Positions 37,637 through 50,276 of a DNA stretch of 64,000 nucleotides are shown piece after piece (position 1 is the first letter of the stretch; every line of letters starts with the position of its first letter). Where the stretch lies: NCBI GenBank assembly GCA_026770705.1, contig JANJGN010000026.1:29884001-29948000 (forward strand). The letters are read 5' to 3'. The stretch comes from Isurus oxyrinchus (taxonomy: Eukaryota). The notes beneath the pieces are model-generated. The model did no database searches. It was not told where the DNA came from and worked only from the letters and a program-made list of their open reading frames with translations. The position numbers and the translations under genes are program-made.

Positions 37637-39785
37637 CAAAATGATACCAGGTGCTACAAAACTATTTACTAATGCATGAATTGCAAAGCAAGGGCTTGTT
37701 TCTGCCTTGCTTTGAGGTTGAGCAAAGTTTGAGGTTCTCCTTGCATCCGTATCCAGGCCAGGGGGAACAAATGCAACTGTTCCCCCTCCCCGCACTAAAC
37801 CTGATCCCTTTACTTTGCCGTATATTAAAAGTACAATGATTGGGAAAGGAAACAACAGCACTTCCTCCTTCATTTCTTCCTGGTAGTTTTCCATTAACAT
37901 GTACCCGAAACCAAGCACTGGGGGAGTTTTTGGACGTCAACATGGTTTTGATATAGTAGGCTTGTTGTTGATATAGTAGGCTTGTTGAAGCTCACGGCTT
38001 CTATTAGTATACAGGCTTGTGTGTGTGTTTGTGTGTGTGTGTGTGAGTGTGTGAGAGAGGGAGAAAGAGAGTATGTGTGTGATTGTGTGAGTCTGTGTGT
38101 GTGTATGTTTGTGTATGTGATTATGCGTGATTGTGTGTGTGCGTGTGTTTGTATAAGTGTGCGTGCGTCTAAGTGTGTGTGATTGAGTGTGTGAGAGAGA
38201 TAGAGTGTGTGAGAGAGAGTATATGTCTTAGTGTGTAGATGTGTGTGATTATGTGTGAGTGTGAGTGCGTGAGAGAATCTGTGTGACTATATGTGTGTAA
38301 TTAAGTGAGAGTGTTTGTGTGTGAGAGAGAGTGTGATTGTGTTTGTGATTATGTGTATGTGTGTGAGAGGGAGAGAGTCTGTGTGATTGTGTGGGTGTGT
38401 GTGAGAGATAGAGAGTGANNNNNNNNNNNNNNNNNNNNNNNNNNNNNNNNNNNNNNNNNNNNNNNNNNNNNNNNNNNNNNNNNNNNNNNNNNNNNNNNNN
38501 NNNNNNNNNNNNNNNNNNNNNNNNNNNNNNNNNNNNNNNNNNNNNNNNNNNNNNNNNNNNNNNNNNNNGTTTCTGCTTGCTCCCAGAGCTAGGCCAGGTA
38601 AGGTCAGGGCCAAGTATGACCCAAATGAATTTAATTCCCTTTGTTTTACACCATTTTAAATGGAGAAGAAATGGCAAGAAATTGACAGCATTTGACCTTT
38701 CCTCATTTCTTGATCATTCGTCATAACCATCTTACGTCAATCTGTTCATCTGATGCTTGACATCAACGTGAAATGACATAGATTCCTTCTTTGCTCGTTG
38801 GTGTACCTGCGAAGCAGAGGTGGTGGGGGAGGGGAGGAGTGCGGGTGGGGAGCGGGTAACATGCATTTTCTGCTCTGTGGCTTGATTTCAAACATGCATG
38901 CTATATTATAATTCCGCATTCCGAGTTTAAAGCAAAGGCACACACCACTTGGGAATGAATTTGGTTCTCCAGGAATAAGAAGTGATCTTATCGGAAAATA
39001 TAACATCCTGAAGAGTTAATAAATAATACTTCCCCCCCCGCCACCCACCACCCCCCCACCCCCAACACACACACACAATCCCACATTTGATTTAAACATA
39101 ACCCAAGTCAAAAAAATCACACACCAGAAATGAACAAAGAGTTGCCAGAGGTTCCTCTTTGCTTCCTTCACCCTTAATTATCCATTCACACCTTCCCGGA
39201 ACCAATTGCTGCAGGAATTGCTCCGTCTCAACAGGATTTTCACCATTCATGAAGTTCGGTACATCATGGACTTTTTTTGGGGTGTGTAAACCTGGAGTGG
39301 AGGAGGTGGGTGAGAGTGGGAGAGGGGAGGAGAGGGATGGTGGTCGTTAGGAAGCATTCAGCTGGCTTGATATTTCATTGCAAACATCCATGTTTGGTGC
39401 TTGGTTGGCGTTTAAAATGGGGAAAGTGATATGGCGAGAATGCCACATGGATATCTATTCACTCCAATCAATGCTGATTTGGGCCCGACTTTCAAATGGG
39501 GGTTTATTATCCCGGTGATAATAGCCAATTGTGAAATTTCACTGCAAACTCACATCATTGAGGCCGGGCGTTACAACTCCTGGCCGCCACAGGGTGAACT
39601 TGGGGGTGGGGGTGCGAGTTGATCTGGATAGCTCCCTTGTTGAAGCTTGTTGGATGGGTAACACTGGCTTAAATTTTACGCTGTACACTATATTCACTCT
39701 GCGCCGGCACTTACCAATGCCCAATTCAGCAGAAAACTCTTTTAGGTGGAGCACAATAAAAAAGAAATACTCATTTCACATTTAC

Positions 39786-39842
39786 TGGGCACAACATTCA
39801 ACTGGGTTCCACTGCCGAAGGTGAGCTTCTCATAATAAGTGG
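39786..39842 (-). CDS. TRDJ: TCR delta J (type A)
   Basis: TYYEKLTFGSGTQLNVVP with GTAAA donor. RSS cacagta-12-acagaagcc. Confidence 0.92.
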
Positions 39843-40247
39843 CACAGTAACAACTGCAGGAACAGAAGCCTTCCACTGAGGCTGAGGGGGAGGGTGTGCA
39901 GTTTCGCGCCTGCCCCCCCGACACCCGTAGCCCCCTTCCCGCCACCCCCATCCACGAACGCCTTACCCCCCCCACCCCCACCTTCCATCACGCCCCCCCC
40001 CCCCCCCCCCCCAGTCCCTGTCAATAACGCTGATACTTTCACACATTCAGGTTCGGCACTCCTTTGCCATGTTCACATTAACCCTATCATGTTAATTTGT
40101 AAAATTACCATGAATGGTATCTCCCATGAATTCTACCATGTGTAAGTATCTTATATATGAAGTCCCCTTCTCTGCCTGCCCTCAATGATTATCCAAAACT
40201 GCATACACCTGCTAACAGTATGATTCCATTCCGCAAATTGGACTTAC

Positions 40248-40308
40248 TCGGTTCCACAACCACTGTGGTCCCACCACTGATGTCAGTGGGTCAGTGGCCC
40301 GTGTCTGG
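40248..40308 (-). pseudogene. TRDJ: TCR delta J pseudogene (frameshift)
   Basis: QTRATDPLT, then a 1-nt deletion at the F codon, then SGGTTVVVEP with GTAAG donor. Heptamer tacagtg, poor nonamer. Confidence 0.7.
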
Positions 40309-41114
40309 TACAGTGACTCCGAGCCTGTAATTAACCCTGCCAGTGCTCCAGAAACCCTAGCCCCAGGACACTGGCCGCTAACCAGCACATGAACTATTTC
40401 TGAGGCTTGGCTCTGATTGCCCATGCGGATCTATTGGTCACTGGATTCAACTGAACGCTCAGTGTGCCGCGTACTGGTCTCTGAGTTGGAATGGTTTTGC
40501 GTCCAAGGACCCCTCTGAAAACTGGAAATTGGGCACAATACTGGTGGAATGCTGCACTGCCGGAGGTGCGCACCCGAGACTCGCCCCCATCCTCTTCCAG
40601 GAGACATTAAACCACTGTTCTGTCCGCTCTCTTCGGTTGCCAAACGCTATCCAAATGAAGCATTCGGGGGGTGAGCAAGGGTCTTCACCCCAGTGTCCCA
40701 TCAAACACTGGCACATACATCATAGTGCATCTGTCCACTGTCACATTGACCGCTTGCGCTAAATTCAGGGCAAATTGGCCATTGCCTTTCCAACAATCCC
40801 GCAGTGTTCACCGATGTCACTTCAGCAAAAAAATATATTACATGGACTGTGAAGAGAGACGTCCACTTCTGGGATTGTCAATGACACTCTGTAAATGCAA
40901 CTTCGCTCTTACTTCTGTAAGTGCAACTGCCCGCACCGCCTGTCCCCATTCCACCCCCCACCACCAGCAACACCGCCCCCCACCCCCCACCCCACGCACA
41001 CAGCCTGAAATTCAGGCGCAGCTCGCTCATTGACATTTAACACGCCATGTGACAAGTTAATGTTAGGCTTTCTTTGTACAAAAAGATGGAATCATTATCT
41101 TCAATGTTACTCAC

Positions 41115-41176
41115 TTGGCTCTACCATCAGTTGGGTCCCAGTTCCAAATATTACTTTATCAGCGTACCCTGACCCA
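41115..41176 (-). CDS. TRDJ: TCR delta J
   Basis: GSGYADKVIFGTGTQLMVEP with GTGAG donor. RSS cacagtg-12/13-(a)tcagaaact. Confidence 0.9.
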
Positions 41177-41529
41177 CACAGTGAAATAGACCCGTATCAG
41201 AAACTGACTACCCCACCAGGTATCAGTCCATCACAGCCCAACACACAAGGGTAGCAAGCTTTGGACCAGATTTTAATCCACACACAGTAACCCCCTCCAT
41301 CCGCATGGACTTCCCTTGTTGAATAGGCATAATAATATGCAGGGTACCGCAAACCTTTCACGTGTTAAATTAAACTTAACTCCTGTTCAACTTAGTATTA
41401 ACAGATACCAGCCCCCTTTCAAAACGTGCGTGACGCAGCTGACAGCAGAAAATTGCTTATATCTCCGAGAGGTGTAGGGCTGGGGATGGGGAGATATGGC
41501 CTCAGGCGATACCTTCACATTTTACTCGG

Positions 41530-41587
41530 TTGGTTCCACCGTAACCCTCATCTCACTCCCCAATATTGGTGCGAATGGCCTTATCCA
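41530..41587 (-). pseudogene. Degenerate J relic
   Basis: ...PILGSEMRVTVEP followed by a mutated donor (ccgagt). No clear RSS; the 5' end is approximate. Confidence 0.5.
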
Positions 41588-41782
41588 AACATGCTACAGA
41601 GAGGCAGGTGAACAGAGGGACACCTTCAATAGCAGACGTCGCTGAGAGTCTGCTCGGAGAAACACGTTGGACTGAGTGGTGTTCTAACCGGCTGTGGGGT
41701 TTTTAAGGTATTATATGCTTAACAGGGCACTTCTGGTTTTTAACCCCTCGGGCACATTGAATCAATGGCAGTTTATACTCAC

Positions 41783-41831
41783 TTGGTTCCACCAGAAGTT
41801 TGGTCCCTTTGCCGAAGGTAAGCTTCTGCAG
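41783..41831 (-). CDS. TRDJ: TCR delta J (short)
   Basis: LQKLTFGKGTKLLVEP with GTGAG donor. RSS cacagtg-12-gcagaaagc. Confidence 0.92.
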
Positions 41832-42990
41832 CACAGTGCTGAACGTCTGTGCAGAAAGCCGAGATCAGACAGAGGCTATGCCATCAGGAACACTGTAGGC
41901 CTGGTGACTAGGTACATTTGGTCCCGCACAATATTCACTGGCCTCCATTCCGTCAAACAGATATGGAGGGACCAGAGGAGGTGCAAAATTATGTACAAGG
42001 TTGATAACACCTAATGATCGCTTTTAGGACTTGGGATTCATTTCTCCAGCCAAGCAAAAAGTGTTGGGGGTGGGGGGGGGGGGGGGGGGGGTGCGTGGCG
42101 TGATTCTGGGGCAACAGAGCAGAGATATTTATAATTAGTAGCGAATTCGATAGGATAGACTTTTTCACTCGTTGGGGAATCCCCCCCAAAAATGAATAGT
42201 GGCGTCCACGTTTTAATATGGTTTCCAATAAATCCAACTGGGAATTGAGGAGAAACCTCTTTACCCAGAGGGCGATGGGAATGTTGACATTAGCTACCAA
42301 ATGGAGTGCTTCACGTGAACACCATTGATAACTCACAGGGGATGCTGGTTTAGAGAGTTGAAGCGGAAAGCAATCGAATTGATTGAGTGACGTGAGGTAG
42401 GGTGTGATCAGAATCACCCGAAGCACAGGCAATGGGCCTGTAGCTGCTGGACTGAATGACCCACTTCTCTGCTCTAAACTCTACTCGAATCAGTGCACCA
42501 AATCATTTCCAACGCACAGCGCGTGTGGCTGCGGCCTAGCAGTTTGACAAAGAGCATATATCAATGTTCCAGAGCGGAAAGGGCTGCGCCAGGCCCCACT
42601 AACGAGTAGACTGTTTAGTAACATGGAGTCGTGTGCGGAATTCAATGAAACCCGCCTCATCCCAGCCCGACTCGTTCTGGGAAAGTTTGCTTTCGTACAA
42701 ACCCAATCAGTTTTCCTTGGAGCATTCGGGCATCGCGGGTCACCTGGCGACTCTCAGCACTTCTGAGCTGCTGAGTCGTGTGAGGAAACTTTGATGTACA
42801 CATGGAAAAGGCGCACTTCTCCCTACCCGTACAATTTCCGCGGATCATCTTTCTGGACGGTAGTTTGCGATTCCCCCTCCCCCATCCCCCACGCCCCAAC
42901 CCCCACCCGGCCTCCATATTTGCAATGAGAGCAATAGTTTCTTTGTGCAGAATGAATCTTCTCAAATTAATACCAATGGCTTATATTCAC

Positions 42991-43051
42991 TTGGCTCCAC
43001 GGTCAGTTTGGTCCCCGCACCGAATATTAGGGGTGTATAAGCAATTGTATA
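42991..43051 (-). CDS. TRDJ: TCR delta J, open frame, defective heptamer
   Basis: YTIAYTPLIFGAGTKLTVEP with GTGAA donor. RSS aacagtg-12-ctgaaaact (CAC>AAC). Confidence 0.85.
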
Positions 43052-44349
43052 AACAGTGATAAAACTCCATCTGAAAACTCAAGGGCACGCCCATAACCTT
43101 CAAATGGTTTTCGATACTCTACTGGCCAGTTCACCAAGTCCCACAACACAAAGCTATTCACTGCAGTTTGCTTGGGTTAAACAGTTAATCCTCAAACCCT
43201 ACAACCATGGAAATGATCCGCAGCTCTCCTTCAATTTTACAGCATAAGAAATCATGGTCGCCCGTTCCCAATTGAAGGAAATTCTCAGAGCGTTACGAAA
43301 TAGGCTGCAATTGGGATATCGGTAGAATTGGAACCAAAGGCTATGTAAATCCCCCACCCCACCATCTGCAACTGTTCCTCAACACTGCGATTTTTGATGC
43401 CATATATAGCTGCCTGGGTTAATGGAGCATTCGGTTTTGGACCCCATTACACAATGCAACATAAACATAACTTCTAATTTCAGGCAGACTCCTTAACATT
43501 AGAATTCACACGCACACGCACACACACACACACACAAAACACCTCCAAATGACACTTAAAATATTCTGGGCCTCGTCTCAGGATAAAAAGTCGGCCATTT
43601 TGGCTTGAGTTGAAGAGCTGTCCGTTCACTCAGAGGGCTGCCGGCCTTTGCAATTGTCCAGCACAGAGGGTTGAGGATGCTCAGCCGTTGCCTATATTCA
43701 AAACGGTGATTGATAGATTTTCATTTGGTAATAGATTTTTTGGAAGGTGGCGCTAAGAGGATCAAGAATATTGGGACAGGCCAAGTGGACATTGAGGTCG
43801 AATCACAGTCGTGACCTTAATGAACTGCTCAGTCCTGCTTTTATATATTATGTCCACGCTATACAATCCCCTGACCCCCACTCCGCACTCTGACTGACCC
43901 TGCACTTTGGTGACATTGAAGCTTCGAATGCTGCGACACTGACGCCCTTAAAAGGTGCAGTGTACAAACCCCCCAGCTCAAGTGAAATTTCGCTCCCAGT
44001 GCACTAACTCACACACACGCACAGGCCTGACTTGGTGATAAAGGCCCGTTAAAGCCTTGGGGCAAACCAGAAACACAGGGGTTGGTATCTAATTTCTGGG
44101 ACCTCTCCAGTCAATCTGGTTCCCCGCCTCTCGCAGCCCTCTGAGCCCCAACGACAGCTACTCACCCCAAAGCCCGTATATATCATCGACACATGAAATA
44201 ACGCCACGACTTAACCTCTAAACCAGATCGTGGCGTGGGGGTGTTGGGTGAGTGGGGTGGTAGGCGGGGAGGGGGTGTTGGGGTGGGGGGAAAGAGAATG
44301 AAAATTAAGTCAATAAAATATGTGGACTGATCCACAATGACCGACTTAC

Positions 44350-44412
44350 TCGGTTCCACAATCAGCCTGGTCCCGTTGCCGAAGATGAGCGGATAGGTTG
44401 TCTCATATGTCG
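44350..44412 (-). CDS. TRDJ: TCR delta J (D-proximal)
   Basis: TYETTYPLIFGNGTRLIVEP with GTAAG donor. RSS cacacgg-12-acaagatcc. Confidence 0.9.
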
Positions 44413-44766
44413 CACACGGTTAAACCCAATAACAAGATCCATGTTGCCAGCCCTCCACATCGCCAGGCAAAGCCGCTCCCTTGTCTGGGGGATGGATCAG
44501 GCCGGAGAATAAACGGGACGTGTCTTTATTATGCAGTGCTGGTTGGGGAGGGTGCAGACTCAATCCCTCAATATCCAGGAGGAGGGAAAACAAGGTGACA
44601 CTGACAGAATGGGAAAGGGAGTAAAGTTCCAGGGGGGGAGGTGATGTAGGGTGACCCAGGTTAACATCACGGAGTGGGGGTTGGAGATAGGTGTGTGTGT
44701 TTTGAGAGCGGTTTGTACCATCCCGTAGGTTATTGTACGAGCGCTCAAGGAGATTCAACTACTGTG

Positions 44767-44782
44767 GTATCCGCGTAATCCC
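44767..44782 (-). CDS. TRDD: TCR delta D segment GGGATTACGCGGATAC
   Basis: 5' 12-RSS (plus: cacagtg 44783-44789, acaaaaact 44802-44810) and 3' 23-RSS (plus: ggttattgt 44728-44736, 23 nt, tactgtg 44760-44766). Open in all three frames (GITRI/GLRGY/DYAD). Confidence 0.93.
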
Positions 44783-45419
44783 CACAGTGATACAAGTCAG
44801 TACAAAAACTCCTCACTCGCAGCTCCAGCTGAAAGTGTCACATGACCTTCTACAGCAGCGATACAAAAGCAATTTATTCATTCAATGGAGGTGGGTCTTT
44901 GAGGCTGGGCCAGGATTAATTGCCCATCCCTAATTGCCCTTCGTTCAGAGAATCAACCACATTGCTGTTCAGACCAGAGCAGGTGAGAAGTTCAGTTTTC
45001 CCTTCCCTAAAGGGACATGCGTGACGCCAAAGGGTATTTTGTATATTACAACAATCACAGTCATGATCAGACTCTGAACTGCAGATTCTTATCGAATTCA
45101 GATTCCACCATCCGCCCTGGTGGGATTGGAACCCTCCTCCCACACGGAATCAACTCTGGGTCTCTGGATTACTGGCCCAGCGACAGTGCCACTGCCCCTC
45201 ATAGAAGCGCCTTTACGCGGTAAATATCTTCGGCGGGCAAAAGGACAGGATCGGATGGTCGACAGTTTGGAAAGGCTGTAGGTGGGAGAAGGTTGCAGAG
45301 CTAGCGACAAGAGAACCCATCGTGGGATTTGATGGTAAGGGGGCTAATTTTAAAACCCAGCCGTTGTTTGGCCGAAAGTCATTGCTGGTCAGCGTTTTAT
45401 CTTTAAATATCCTTTCATG

Positions 45420-45960
45420 GGAAGTGAACGCATTGGAGAGAGTGCAGAAGCGATTAACCAGTATGATCCCAGGGATGAGAAGCTGCGGCTATGCCAATAG
45501 ATTGGAGGGACTGTAACTGTTCTCCTTGGAGAGAAGAAGGCTTAAAAGGACATTTGATTGAGGTGTTCAAAATCATAAGGGGCTGGACAGAGTAGATAGG
45601 GAGAAACTGTTCCCACTCGTAAAAGGATGGAGATGGGAAGGGCACAGATTTAAAGTGATTTGCAAACAAAGCGAATTTGACGTGAGACGGAAACGTTATT
45701 CACACAGCGAGTGGTTCGGGTGCGGGATGCACTGACCTGGGAGTGTGGTTGAGGCAGGTTCAGTCGAATCAATCATGAGATGATTATTTCAATAGAAACA
45801 ATGTGCACGGGTATGGGATCTGGGCGAGGGACGGCTGGAGACAGGGCAATGGCAGGAGGTCATAATGCTCATTTGGAGATGTCCTTTTAATCTGCATGTT
45901 ATTATTATATTATCAGACACGACAAGCCAAATAGCCTCCTTCTGTGTCGTTGTGATACTG
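45420..45960 (+). mobile_element. CR1 LINE 3' fragment
   Basis: VNALERVQKRL...IPGMR and a typical CR1 3' UTR. Confidence 0.75.
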
Positions 45961-48900
45961 TGATGTGGCCATCGCTGGCAAGACCAGCATTTGTTGCCTA
46001 ACCATAATCGCCCTGAATTGAGTGGCTTGCAAGCACATTTCAGGAGGGCAGGTAAGAGTCAAGCGCATTCCTGTGGGGCCGGAGTCCAAGGAGGCCCGGC
46101 CAGGTAAGGATGGTAGTTTTGCATCACTGAACCAGATGGATTTTGCTTGAAACAATCGATTCATGGCCACCTTTACTGGGACTAGTTGTCAACTCCCAAT
46201 TTCCTAATTGAATCCAAAGTCCACCAAACTGTCAGGGTGTGAATTGGACCCACGCCCACCAGCATCCGCTTGGCCCTCCGGACTCCTATTTCAGTGACAT
46301 GACCACTCCATCATCTCTCTTGCTGGTGGAAGCTGGCTTGGTGGGACTGAATGTCTGGATTTGGCTGAACTCAAATTTACGGAGTGAGTAAGTTCGGGTG
46401 AAAAGAAATAATTGAATAGTCGAATTCATAAACAACAAAGACATGGATGATCTTTTCAGTTCAAGCTGCTAGGTGGACATAATAGAGGATTATTCATCTT
46501 CTCCTTCGAAGATAAAGTGAGGAACTGATGCAAAATTTACTATTTGCTTGTCTTCCCACTGGAATCATTGAGGATCTGGAAGACCTAACTGAACCAGGTG
46601 TTGCTTCCTGTTCCCGTTCCCGTTTTAAATTTCATTTGCCACGATTTAATACATACTTTCTATCGAAACTTGTCACCAGGACTGACATGGAATCAACAGT
46701 TGAGGTGCGGCAAAGCCTTTCTACACCACACTGCAGCTACAGAGTAACCAGCTCCCTCAACTTCCATTTTACCCACAATTGCATTAAATGCATCACACCT
46801 TCAGACTAACAGGCCCATGCTGTTCTTTATGTTCAAAAGGAGCCTTCTCAAACCCCTTCACCCAACCAATGAGCATAAACTTCTACTCCTTTCTCCCTCG
46901 TGTACTCATTGAGTTTCCACTTAAAGAAAGGAGAGAGAAAGGAGGAGACAACCGGGACTTGTATGCTAGTCAGCTTCACACCATCGGAGGGAAAGTGCTG
47001 GAATCTGCTATTGAGGAAGTCTTCACAATGCAGCTAGAAAACCAAAGTATGGTCTGGTCAAGCAAAGTCTACATGGTTTTCGGAAAGGGAAATCAAATTT
47101 GACAAATTGCTTACCGTTTTGGCTAATGGAAAGAGCCGGGTGGATAAAGGGGAGCCAGTAGACGTGGTATATTACGCAGCATGTTTTGTACATTACAGGA
47201 AGAATGTGATTGCACTGGAGAGGATGCATCGGAGATTTACCAGAATGCTGCCAAGGCCGGAGGGCCTGAGCTAAGGGGAAAGATTGGATAGACTGGGGTT
47301 GTTTTCCTTGGACCAGAGAAGACTGACAGGGGACCTGATAGATATGTATAAAATTATGATGGTCAGAGATAGGATGGATTGGAAGGCACTCGTACCATTA
47401 GTAGAGGGGACAATAACCAGGGGGACATTAAACAGGGGCATAAAAGTTGGTGTGAATGATGACGACATGTGCTTGAAATTAACGTCGGTTGTGTGTAACC
47501 AATGGTTCCTATTTCCAAACCCGCCCCCTTTGTCTTTTGCCCAAACCCCTGTGACTGAGGATCCGGAGACAACAGTGTGCCAATTGCTTTGCTCAGTGAG
47601 TGACTGGGGGGCCGGGTGTCTCATTTAGCCAAGAGCCCAAGAAGCATGAGGTCAACCGCGCTGCTCAACCTATAGCTGGGCTTCCTGCCCAGTGAATAAC
47701 TCGACGTTGTCCCAATCCCTGTACTGACCCTGACTCGCTGAACATCCCTCTCGGGGGTATTACACCCAGAGGGAGGAGGCCAGTGGACATCATTAAAGCT
47801 TTTGTTTGCTTTGTATTCACCAGGTCACAGAGAAGTAGCAGAAATTATCTATCAAGTGACGCTTTGACCAATTTAGTTCGTACGTGAGCCTGACAGAGGT
47901 AATTGTTTGACTGTGGGGGCTGAGAGAGACAGAGACAGAGAGAGAGAGAGACAGAGACAGAGAGGCATTGAGTAGCTGTGATAATCCCAGAACATCACTA
48001 CCTGTAAGGTCCGCTCCAAGCCACTCACCATCCTGTCTTGGAATTGTTTCACGGAGAATCGGAGAATTTGTTTGATGCATTTCAAACGTAACTCACCTCC
48101 TACCACATCAAAGCCTTCAGACCAGANNNNNNNNNNNNNNNNNNNNNNNNNNNNNNNNNNNNNNNNNNNNNNNNNNNNNNNNNNNNNNNNNNNNNNNNNN
48201 NNNNNNNNNNNNNNNNNNNNNNNNNNNNNNNNNNNNNNNNNNNNNNNNNNNNNNNNNNNNNNNNNNNNNNNNNNNNNNNNNNNNNNNNNNNNNNNNNNNN
48301 NNNNNNNNNNNNNNNNNNNNNNNNNNAATTCCAATAACATTATGCGAATTATTACATTTTTCTGACATTAAAAGTGGTTAATATCGTGCATTAATTTAGC
48401 AAAGCGCTTCTGAAATTCTCTCTATGCTGCATCACAAGATTTCTGAAATCAGTTTTGGGTCTGATCTCCAGAATCTGCTCCTCAGCTTGTTGAGCGAGAC
48501 TGAGGCTATGACGGGAACGCTGAGTGCCTTTCATACCGACACTTCAAGATTTTGGGTCCTGGAGCCTGTTGTGCGTGTGTACGAGCCATTTCAATGTCGT
48601 TTATTAAGCTTATTAAGAAGCAACCAGTTTTGATTTGGCACCTTAAAGGAACTGACAGGGAATGCGAGCAACATGTGGCAGTGGAGGGGCGATTTAACCA
48701 TTTGGGAGCACGGTTGGCACAGAGTGTGCGCTGATGTCAGTCACTCGTGATAACAGCATTCTGCTCGCCAGCCGAAATGTTAGGGAGCTCTTCCCTCTGT
48801 CTTCGCCCTCCACTGCTGGTCCAGCACCTTGGAATGAATTCTGACCGGTCAACTGCCTAATTAGGTATCTGTGGCCCCAAAGCCTGACATTAAACAGCCG

Positions 48901-49855
48901 CCACGGCCCTTGGTGACACATGTTAATAAGCTGAACTTGGATGTCCAGGTAACATTTCAAAGGTGACTCATGATGGGGTTCGTGATAATGAGATGAACAG
49001 CGAGGAGACAGATGAGAGCTCAGCGTGTCATGGACAGAGAGTTGGCAAATGGAATTTGACGTAGGGAGGAATGACTCTCAAACCTGGAATTCTTCGTCCG
49101 GGACCATTGCAGCTAAAGGAGCGGTTTGACAAGAGCCCCCAGAGTCCTGGAGGCCTTGGGAGAGTCAATTGTGGAGGGATCTCTGCTGGCGAGCAGGAGG
49201 GTCGCTGAGCAGAGCGCACGCAGGTGGCCCGGCAATTGGGCAATGGAATGGAGGCCCAAGTGCAGATGTGAAATTTTACCCAGTCAGTTGCGCCAACCTG
49301 GGTTAAACGGCCAAGTAGCTGGTAGAGAGAGAGAGAAAAACAAATCAACTACTGCTTTCAAACTGAAATTGGATCAGTGATTGTAAATGAGGTGACAACG
49401 GCGAGTCCATGTGGAAACATAAGAAACATAGAAACTGGGAGCAGGATGCGGCGATTCGGCCCTTCGCACCTGCTCCGCCAATTTGATATGGTCATGGCTG
49501 ATCCTCTAACTCAACGCCCACATTCCCGCTCTCTCTCTCCATACCTCTTGATGCCCCTGATATCCAAAAGAAAATCAATTTCTTTCTTGAATATACTCAA
49601 CCAGCGGGCATCCACAGCCTTCAGTGGTTGAGAATTCCACAGATTGATCACAGCCTGAGACTAATTGAAGAGTTTTTGAATGGGCAGGCACAAGTGCAAT
49701 GGGCCGAATGTTCTTCTTCCGCTCTTTATTCAACTCTGACTCAATGAAATGTGTTTCAACAGTGGAATTAATAGTGGTTGATGGTGGCGGAAACTATTGC
49801 ATTCCCTGCGGCTCTGATTTTTTACACAGGTCTCTATCTGATCCGCCTCACTGTG

Positions 49856-50160
49856 GCCCTGTGCACAATAATAAGTCGCGCTATCTCCCGTTGTCAAAGT
49901 CCTGATGTCCAAAGCGAAGAGATTCTTTGAAACGTCTTTGGAAGCAGCGACTCGATCCCTGACCTCAGGATTGTAATCGTTGCTGGATGCAGAGTAGTAG
50001 CTAACGAGCCATTCCAGCCCCTTCCCGGGACGGTGCCGGTACCAAAGCATATCGAAGCTCCGGAGGTCGAACCCGCTGGTTTTGCAGGTCAGGGTCAGGG
50101 ATTGTCCGGAGACCCCACTCTCTGCCTCTGGCTGACTCAGCACCACATCCGACTGGACGC
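49856..50160 (-). CDS. Intact immunoglobulin-heavy (IgM VH)-like V exon in the TCR delta locus (VHdelta/TAILV-like)
   Basis: [102 protein letters not shown]. The [14 protein letters not shown] and ASKD..N.FAL motifs are those of shark VH. RSS CACAGTG-23-GTAAAAAAT. Confidence 0.9.
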
Positions 50161-50276
50161 CTATTGAAGCAAAGAAGCATTAATATTACTGAGCTGAATC
50201 CGGGTTGTGTAAGTCTCTCCCGGCGGAGGGATTAATAATCAAAGAGCAAGATTTTATGGAATACCGAGCTACTTAC

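Noticed and set aside
47870-47925. gactgtgggggc as a second D segment
   Set aside because: No nonamer at 12 or 23 nt and no RSS on the other side.
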